A stretch of DNA of 64,000 nucleotides from Candidatus Omnitrophota bacterium (GTDB lineage Bacteria; Omnitrophota; Gorgyraeia; JABMRG01), in assembly GCA_028716165.1 (NCBI GenBank), contig JAQUQI010000002.1:10431-74430 (forward strand). The letters are read 5' to 3'. The notes under the pieces were generated by a model. It was not told the DNA's origin and ran no database searches. It saw nothing but the letters and a program-made list of their open reading frames with translations. Below, in pieces: positions 42,687-49,603 of the stretch (its first letter is position 1; each line of letters opens with the position of its first letter). Made by a program: the position numbers and the translations under genes.

Positions 42687-43393
42687 TGGTTAAAAAAGGG
42701 CCCAATTCCAAAAACAAGGTTATAATAAGCATAAAGAATCTGAAGAAAGACTATCATCTCGGTAATACCGTTGTCCAGGCGTTAAAAGACGTTAATCTTG
42801 AGATAAAAAGCGGCGAGTTTTCAATATTATTCGGCCCCTCGGGCAGCGGCAAAACCACGCTTTTAAACTTGTTAGGCCTTATAGATGTGCCTACCTGCGG
42901 CACGATTGTGCTGGACGGCCACGACACCGTTTCGCTTAATCGTATCCGGCGGGCGGAATTCAGGCTGAATAATATAGGCTTTATTTTTCAGAAATATTAT
43001 CTCCTTGATGAACTCACGGCGCTTGAAAATGTATTTTTGCCCGCTATTGCCAAGGAAGGGTATTCATCCCAGCTTTTGGCAAAGGCAAAGAGCATGCTTG
43101 AACTTGTCGGATTGAAGGAAAGGATGAGGCACAGGCCCGCCTATCTTTCAGAAGGCGAAAAACAGAGGGTAGCGGTTGCCAGAAGCCTCATTAACAGCCC
43201 CGCCATACTTCTCTGCGATGAGCCTACCGCCAGCCTTGACGCTGATAACGGGAGGGTGATACTTGACCTTTTGGCAAAGATAAACAAAGAAAGTTCTGCT
43301 ACCGTATTTCTTGTTACTCACGATGACCGCCAGCTCAAATACGGTGATAAGGTGATACACATCGCCGACGGGATGGTGCAAAAAGGGGAATAG
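42686..43393 (+). CDS. ABC transporter ATP-binding protein (MacB/LolD-like)
   Basis: Walker A (GPSGSGKTT), signature motif (LSEGEKQRV) and Walker B (ILLCDEPT). Confidence 0.85.
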   Translation: MVKKGPNSKNKVIISIKNLKKDYHLGNTVVQALKDVNLEIKSGEFSILFGPSGSGKTTLLNLLGLIDVPTCGTIVLDGHDTVSLNRIRRAEFRLNNIGFIFQKYYLLDELTALENVFLPAIAKEGYSSQLLAKAKSMLELVGLKERMRHRPAYLSEGEKQRVAVARSLINSPAILLCDEPTASLDADNGRVILDLLAKINKESSATVFLVTHDDRQLKYGDKVIHIADGMVQKGE

Positions 43394-43396
43394 GCT

Positions 43397-44629
43397 TTGG
43401 ATGATAAGAGGGTTGTAATTACCGGAATCGGATTAGTTACCCCAATTGGCATAGGCAAGGATATTTTTTGGGAAAATTGCTTGTCCGGAAAATCCAATGT
43501 TAAAAAAATAACCGCTTTTGATGTCAGCGAATATAACTGCAAGATAGCCTCCACGATAGATAGTTTTGACCCTGCCCGATATATGGATAAAATAATCGCA
43601 AGGCGCTCCGATAAATTCGCGCAGTTCGCCATTGCCGCCGCTTCTATGGCCATGGAAGACAGCCGTTTAAGCAATCCGGACCCAAAATACACAGGTGTTT
43701 GCATAGGCACAGGGCTGGGGGGCATGGTGTTCGCGGAAACGCAGATTGTTAATATCATAAAAGACGGAAATGGCGCGGTCAATCCTGTTTCTATCCCTAA
43801 GATTATGCCTAACTCTGTGGCAAACCAGATTGCCATTGTTCATAATGCCCAGGGCCCGAATCTTACTGTTTGCACAGCATGTTCGTCAGGCACGCATAGC
43901 ATAGGCCAGGCGTTTGATATTATCCGTCAGGGCAGAGCCAAGATTATGATTTCAGGAGGAGCGGATTCGCCTGTGATGAGATATAATTTTTTAGGTTTTG
44001 ATAAATTAAGCGTTATGAGCAGAAGAAATGACAGCCCGGAATCCGCCTCAAGGCCTTTTGATAAAGACAGAGACGGTTTTGTCATGGGAGAAGGGGCCGC
44101 TGTCCTGATACTTGAATCTTTAGACCATGCGCTCGCACGAAAGGCCGATATATATGCCGAGATCAAAGGTTATTCCATGACGTCAGGCGCCTATCATATT
44201 GTTATGCCGCGTCCTGATGCCAGCGATATAGCAAGGGCCATGAGAATATGCTTAAATGAGTCGCTTGTTATGCCAAAAGACGTTGATTATATAAACGCCC
44301 ACGGCACGGCTACTATTGCCAATGACAAGGCGGAAGCCAAAGCGATAGCCAAGATCTTTGGAGAACATGCCCAGCGCATACCGGTAAGTTCTACCAAATC
44401 CATGATAGGCCATACCTTAGGGGCGGCAGGGGCTATTGAAGCGGCCGTGTGCGCGTTGACGATATCGTCTGGTAAAATACACCCTACGGTGAATCTTGAA
44501 ACACCCGACGAGGATTGCAAGCTTAATCATGTTACGAAGAAACATTTTAAGCACGATGTAAGCATTGCTCTTTCAAATTCATTTGGGTTTGGCAACAATA
44601 ACGCGTGCCTGCTTTTTTCAAAAGTATAA
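43397..44629 (+). CDS. Beta-ketoacyl-[ACP] synthase, FabF/KAS-II-like elongating ketosynthase
   Basis: Active-site Cys (CTACSSG), His (NAHGTAT) and His (IGHTLGAAG), the C-H-H triad of elongating KSs. A 3-nt gap after the ABC ATPase stop suggests an operon. There are no fabD/fabG/fabH neighbours. Confidence 0.85.
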   Translation: MDDKRVVITGIGLVTPIGIGKDIFWENCLSGKSNVKKITAFDVSEYNCKIASTIDSFDPARYMDKIIARRSDKFAQFAIAAASMAMEDSRLSNPDPKYTGVCIGTGLGGMVFAETQIVNIIKDGNGAVNPVSIPKIMPNSVANQIAIVHNAQGPNLTVCTACSSGTHSIGQAFDIIRQGRAKIMISGGADSPVMRYNFLGFDKLSVMSRRNDSPESASRPFDKDRDGFVMGEGAAVLILESLDHALARKADIYAEIKGYSMTSGAYHIVMPRPDASDIARAMRICLNESLVMPKDVDYINAHGTATIANDKAEAKAIAKIFGEHAQRIPVSSTKSMIGHTLGAAGAIEAAVCALTISSGKIHPTVNLETPDEDCKLNHVTKKHFKHDVSIALSNSFGFGNNNACLLFSKV

Positions 44630-44649
44630 GAGAAAGGACACTATTTTTA

Positions 44650-44913
44650 ATGGATAATAGTAAGAAATTTTCAAAATGCGAAATAGCCGAAGAATTAAAA
44701 AAAATTATTGCAGATATAGTAAATGTAGAAAAAGAAGCGATTGATTTTACAACAAAATTGTTGGAAGATCTTGGAATGGATTCTTTTGCTGTAGCCGAGA
44801 CTATGTTTTTAATCCAAGAAAAATTCGGAGTCACCATAGCTCAAGAAGATATACTTAAAGTAGATACTTTTAATAGTCTTGTAGAAACGTTGGATAAGAT
44901 TTTAAATGGTTGA
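44650..44913 (+). CDS. Acyl carrier protein
   Basis: 87 aa acidic protein with the phosphopantetheine-attachment motif LGMDSFAVAE (an Asp-Ser-Phe variant of DSL). Start at the ATG at 44650 after AAAGGA. Very AT-rich. Confidence 0.7.
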   Translation: MDNSKKFSKCEIAEELKKIIADIVNVEKEAIDFTTKLLEDLGMDSFAVAETMFLIQEKFGVTIAQEDILKVDTFNSLVETLDKILNG

Positions 44914-44957
44914 GGGGTATAGAATATTATTAGTCAATGTGAGGCAACCATAAGATG

Positions 44958-44986
44958 CCAGGGTGAGGCCCTGGTATTTTGTTTTT
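44958..44986 (+). terminator. Putative intrinsic terminator or attenuator between the ACP gene and the HMGR-like gene
   Basis: Stem CCAGGG (44958-44963), loop TGAGG, stem CCCTGG (44969-44974), followed by TATTTTGTTTTT. Confidence 0.35.
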
Positions 44987-45006
44987 AATTTATATTGGAG
45001 GTACCA

Positions 45007-46200
45007 ATGAACGCTGCAATAGATAATAATAAAAAAAGTTGTAATGATAATATGTTGAGTAATTTTTCTGAATTGAAAAAAATTCAAGTAAGACGTGACC
45101 AGCTACAGAAAAATACAAATATGGTTTTATCAGAGATTACAAAAACACATTTTGATTTATCACATGTTAGCAATTATATTGAAAACATGATAGGTGTATG
45201 CAATGTTCCTTTAGGAGTAGCGGGTCCGATACAAATAAATGGAGATTTTGCTAATGGTAAATTCTATGTTCCATTTGCAACTACACAATCAACTCTAATA
45301 CGTTCTTATGATAGAGGTATGAAGGTTCTTACTGCATCAGGTGGAGTCAATACAAAGATCATTAAAGATGAAATTCACATTTCACCAGTTTTCTGCTTTT
45401 CGAATCTGAAAGAAGCAAAAAATTTCTATAATTGGTCAATTGAGAATTTTGAACTGCTTAAAAAAGAAGCGGAAAGTGTTACTACCCATGGCAAGTTATT
45501 ACGTATAAAACCTGTAATATTAGGAAGAAAGGTTATATTAACGTTATATTTTTCAACGCAGGATGCTATGGGGTTGAATATGATTGTTATAGCAGCGGAT
45601 AAGTTGTGCCGCTATATTTCTAAAAATATACAAGTCAGAAAGTATTATTTACGTTCAAATTATTCAGCCGACAAGAAACCGTCATATTTGAATTTTATTG
45701 AAGGTTATGGAAAAACAGTTGTTGTCGAAGCTACTATAGCAAAACAAATTATAGAAGGTTATCTACAGACATCCGCAAAAGAACTTTATGATTTTTGGAT
45801 TACAAGTGTTATCTGCGGTATTCAATCTGGATTGATGGGTTTGAACGCTCATTTTGCTAATGGTCTATCTGCTATTTTTTTAGCTTGCGGACAAGACATT
45901 GCCAGTGTTGTTAATGCTTGCTTAGGCATTGGAACTATTGAAATTGAAGATAATGGAGATTTGTATATTTCTGGGCGCATATCGTCATTACCTATAGGTA
46001 CTGTAGGTGGTGCTACCGATTTAGGCACACAAAAAGAATGTTTGCAAATTATGGATTGTTTTGGTAACGGAAAAACTAATCGTTTGGCTGAGATTATATC
46101 AGCTACTTTAGTTGCAGGAGAGATTTCTATTGTTTCAGCAATTGCGACTGGAAATTTTGCTTCGGCACATATCAATGCTAGGTTAAAAAAGGGAAAATAA
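45007..46200 (+). CDS. Soluble class-I HMG-CoA-reductase-fold protein with non-canonical active-site residues
   Basis: Class-I HMGR blocks: ENMIGVCNVPLGVAGP, TQDAMGLNMI, ACGQD, PIGTVGGAT, and a C-terminal AGEISIVSAIATG. Strong GGAGG SD. However TTQS replaces the catalytic TTEG, and GN replaces the catalytic GH. Confidence 0.75.
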   Translation: MNAAIDNNKKSCNDNMLSNFSELKKIQVRRDQLQKNTNMVLSEITKTHFDLSHVSNYIENMIGVCNVPLGVAGPIQINGDFANGKFYVPFATTQSTLIRSYDRGMKVLTASGGVNTKIIKDEIHISPVFCFSNLKEAKNFYNWSIENFELLKKEAESVTTHGKLLRIKPVILGRKVILTLYFSTQDAMGLNMIVIAADKLCRYISKNIQVRKYYLRSNYSADKKPSYLNFIEGYGKTVVVEATIAKQIIEGYLQTSAKELYDFWITSVICGIQSGLMGLNAHFANGLSAIFLACGQDIASVVNACLGIGTIEIEDNGDLYISGRISSLPIGTVGGATDLGTQKECLQIMDCFGNGKTNRLAEIISATLVAGEISIVSAIATGNFASAHINARLKKGK

Positions 46201-46203
46201 GAC

Positions 46204-47481
46204 GTGATTAAATCTAGTGCTGAAGTTATAATTGTTGGTTCTGGAGCAGCCGGCTCAACTATTGCTAAGGAACTGGCCGGTCGCGGTAGAAAAATTATTA
46301 TAATTGAAAAAGGTAAATTTGCAGGTTATCTTGGCAACGAGATTAGGGCCAGCGCGTACTACGAAGGTTCTCCTTTGCTCGTTAGGTCTAAGAGCGGTGT
46401 GATGTTCCATTATACAAAAAATCTTGGTGGTAGCACAGTTTTTAGTTGTGGAAATGCTGTTAGAGGTTCACTAGATATATTTTTACGGTTTGGTATAGAT
46501 TTACGTCGCGAGCTTGCGGAGACTGAAGAGGAATTATCGGTAATGCCTGTAGATAAAAAATTAATTGGCCAGAAAGGTACCAAAGATTTTTATGATGCAG
46601 CTATTAATTTGGGTTATAAGATTGATTATATGCCGAAATTTATGAAAAAAGGGATGTGTTCTCTGTGTGGCAAATGCGTGCTAGGGTGTCCAAATAATGC
46701 TAGATGGACTGCTGTTGATTATGTTGATTTTGCTATTGGGAAAGGTGCTCTTGTTGAGCACGCCGTTGTAGAAAAGGTTATTATAAAAAATAATAAAGCC
46801 ATTGGTGTTTTAGCTAAACAGGGAAAAAAACAGGTAACTATTTATGCTGATAAAATCGTGCTTGCGGCAGGAGGGCTTAATTCACCCGTGATACTACAAA
46901 AGTCTGGCTTATCTGCTGGTAAGAAATTGTTTTGTGATTTGTTCAATGTAACATATGCTGTGTCATTGAAAGATGGAATGTTTCGTGATTTAAGTATGTC
47001 TTTAGTTGATATGGAATTTTTTAAAAATGATGGTTTTATAATATCTCCATTTATGGATCCTATTATTTTATTTCTTATCATTTTTAATAAGTTTTTGCCA
47101 TTTTATTTATTGAAGTATAAAAATGTTGTTGGCATAGAAGTTAAGATTAAGGATGATATGATTGGATCGGTTTCATCGGATGGGCGAATCCAAAAAATAG
47201 TTACTGCCGATGATTCAAAAAAAATTAGTAAGGGTGTAGAAATTGCTAAGGATATTTTAAACCATATGCCTATTGATAAAAGGACGATTAATACAACTAT
47301 ATTGCGAGGCGCGCATCCTGGCGGTACTTCTGCTATTGGGGAAGTTGTTGATTGTAATTTGCAAACAGGGGTGAAAGGGTTATATGTATGTGATGCTAGT
47401 GTATTACCAGAAGCGTTAGGCCTGCCACCAATAATAACGCTAATTGCTTTATCTAAATGGTTTGTTAAAACTCAATTTTAA
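46204..47481 (+). CDS. GMC-family-like FAD-dependent oxidoreductase with an inserted CX2CX2CX3CP ferredoxin-type motif
   Basis: N-terminal FAD Rossmann (IIVGSGAAGSTIA...IIIEKG). C-terminal GMC-type block (RGAHPGGTSAIGEVVDCNLQTGVKGLYVCDASVLP). Cys cluster CSLCGKCVLGCP at aa 152-163. GTG start 3 nt after the HMGR-like stop. Confidence 0.6.
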   Translation: MIKSSAEVIIVGSGAAGSTIAKELAGRGRKIIIIEKGKFAGYLGNEIRASAYYEGSPLLVRSKSGVMFHYTKNLGGSTVFSCGNAVRGSLDIFLRFGIDLRRELAETEEELSVMPVDKKLIGQKGTKDFYDAAINLGYKIDYMPKFMKKGMCSLCGKCVLGCPNNARWTAVDYVDFAIGKGALVEHAVVEKVIIKNNKAIGVLAKQGKKQVTIYADKIVLAAGGLNSPVILQKSGLSAGKKLFCDLFNVTYAVSLKDGMFRDLSMSLVDMEFFKNDGFIISPFMDPIILFLIIFNKFLPFYLLKYKNVVGIEVKIKDDMIGSVSSDGRIQKIVTADDSKKISKGVEIAKDILNHMPIDKRTINTTILRGAHPGGTSAIGEVVDCNLQTGVKGLYVCDASVLPEALGLPPIITLIALSKWFVKTQF

Positions 47482-47485
47482 AATT

Positions 47486-49537
47486 ATGCCATATTTTGCA
47501 ATATCAGCTATTACAGCGTCATTGATTAATATCATTATCGGCACATTTGTTCTATTAAAAGACAGAAGATGCCTGCAGAATAGGACATATTCAGGTGTTT
47601 CATTTGCTGTCGCAATATGGTGTCTTGGATTAGCTAATATGGTTAATTCGACTAACAGCTGCGAAGCTTTTTTTTGGGTAAGATTTTTACATATAGGAGT
47701 TTTTTTAATCCCCCCACTTTATTTTAATTTTATTTGTTCTTTGTTGCATATTGTTGACTATAAAAAAAGTTTACTTATTTCCATGTATATTATTTCAACT
47801 TGTTTTATTTTGTTTAATTATGGGACACGTTTATTAATTTCTGATGTTGTTCCAAAATATAGTTTTAATTATTATGCTACTGCTGGATCTGTGTATTTTT
47901 TATATATATTGTATTTAACTGGTTTTATTATATATTCAATTATTCTTATTATGAAACATTATAAGAGTTTTTCTGCTTTACGAAAAATGCAGTTCAAGTA
48001 TGTAATAGTTGCTTCTATCGTAGCGTTTATAGGGGGGTCAGATACTTTTTTACCAATGTTTGATTTGCCAGTCATGATTAATGGTATTTTTTTATTGCCA
48101 CTTTTTACGCTTATGGCTGCTTATGTTATTGTTAAGCATAGATTTTTGGACATTGAAATCATAATCCGCGAGACGGCAATATTCGCGGGTATATTCGGTT
48201 TTTCAATAGGCCTGTTTATGCTGGCGATTATAGCGGGCGAACAATTCCTCAAGCCTTATATAGGCGATAACCGTTGGATCGTCCCGGCATTATCACTCTT
48301 ACTTGTCACGTTTGTTATCCGCCCAATTGAAAAAATTATATACAATGTTGCCGGTAGGATATTATTTCGCAGAAAGTATGAATATCAAAAGACCCTTCAG
48401 GACGCCGCTGAAGGCATGTCTAAGATCCGTGACCCAAAGAAATTGTTGAGCCTGATAGTGCATATAATATCAGCTAAGCTCAAGCTTGTTAATACTGCTG
48501 TTTTTCTCTTTGAAAGCGGATCCGCTTCGTACGTTCTGAAGGCTTCAAGAGGGGATATGGGGAGCTCTCCGGCAAGCTTAAAGCCCGAAAACGCTCTGAT
48601 AACATGGCTTTGCGAGAAGAAAAAACCGCTTGGCCTTGATGATGTTCAGAAATGGATAAACAATTTTAACCAGAAATACATGCCCGGCGTGCTTAAGTCC
48701 GATCTGGCCCAGATAAGGGACACTATGCTTAATCAACGCGCGGCCTTGAGCGTGCCTTGTTTTTTTAGAAACGAGCTTTTAGGCGTGCTTATACTTGGAG
48801 AGAAAAAAAACGGAGATTTTTTTTCCCAGGATGATATAGATTTATTCAGCGCTCTATCCAATGAAGCGGCCATTGCTCTCAAAAATTCACAACTCTATTT
48901 TGAGATAGACAGAAGGGCTTTTGAGCTTGAGAACCTTTACAAGAGAGAGCACAGGCTGTTTATGCATTCATCCGTGGCGTTTGCCGCGGCAATAGATGCC
49001 AGAGATCCTTATACCCACGGCCATTCGCAAAGGGTCACAAATATAAGCCTGGTGATACTTGATTTTATGGGAGCTATGGATGAGATAGATAAAGATGCTT
49101 TCTTCAGGCATAGGCTGCAAATAACAGGGGTCTTGCATGATATAGGAAAGATAGGCGTACCCGATGATATATTGCATAAACCGGCGCAGCTTACGCCCGA
49201 AGAGAGAAAAGAGATAGAGAAACACCCCGTATTGGGGGCGGAAATTGTATCTCATATTGCCGGGCTAAGAAACCTTATCGGAGGCATCAAATATCATCAT
49301 GAAAGATATGACGGCAAAGGCTACCCCGAAGGGCTTAAGTCGGATGAGATACCTCTGATGGCAAGGATTATTTCCGTTGCCGACACTTATGATGCCATGA
49401 CAAGCGACAGGCCTTATAGGAAAGGCCTCCCGTTTTTGACGGCAAGAGACGAAATACAAAGAAACGCGTCGGCGCAGTTTGACCCTTATGTGGTAGCGGC
49501 TTTTTTAAAAGCATTTGAACAGGGTAAGATAGAATAA
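47486..49537 (+). CDS. Membrane sensor HD-GYP phosphodiesterase (7TM receptor-like domain, GAF, HD-GYP)
   Basis: Polytopic N-terminus, a GAF-like middle region, and an HD-GYP domain (HGHSQR, LHDIGKIG, HHERYDGKGYPEGL). Roughly the first 225 codons are strikingly AT-rich and the remainder is at host GC. Confidence 0.8.
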   Translation: MPYFAISAITASLINIIIGTFVLLKDRRCLQNRTYSGVSFAVAIWCLGLANMVNSTNSCEAFFWVRFLHIGVFLIPPLYFNFICSLLHIVDYKKSLLISMYIISTCFILFNYGTRLLISDVVPKYSFNYYATAGSVYFLYILYLTGFIIYSIILIMKHYKSFSALRKMQFKYVIVASIVAFIGGSDTFLPMFDLPVMINGIFLLPLFTLMAAYVIVKHRFLDIEIIIRETAIFAGIFGFSIGLFMLAIIAGEQFLKPYIGDNRWIVPALSLLLVTFVIRPIEKIIYNVAGRILFRRKYEYQKTLQDAAEGMSKIRDPKKLLSLIVHIISAKLKLVNTAVFLFESGSASYVLKASRGDMGSSPASLKPENALITWLCEKKKPLGLDDVQKWINNFNQKYMPGVLKSDLAQIRDTMLNQRAALSVPCFFRNELLGVLILGEKKNGDFFSQDDIDLFSALSNEAAIALKNSQLYFEIDRRAFELENLYKREHRLFMHSSVAFAAAIDARDPYTHGHSQRVTNISLVILDFMGAMDEIDKDAFFRHRLQITGVLHDIGKIGVPDDILHKPAQLTPEERKEIEKHPVLGAEIVSHIAGLRNLIGGIKYHHERYDGKGYPEGLKSDEIPLMARIISVADTYDAMTSDRPYRKGLPFLTARDEIQRNASAQFDPYVVAAFLKAFEQGKIE

Positions 49538-49548
49538 CAGTCCGTCAG

Positions 49549-49586
49549 CCGCGGAGTTTGAAACAAACCGCGGCCGTGGTGTTTTT
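49549..49586 (+). terminator. Putative terminator between the two HD-GYP genes
   Basis: CCGCGG (49549-49554), a 13-nt loop, CCGCGG (49568-49573), then ccgtggtgTTTTT. The loop is long, so this may be weak. Confidence 0.3.
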
Positions 49587-49603
49587 AAAACCTTAGGTTA
49601 AAT

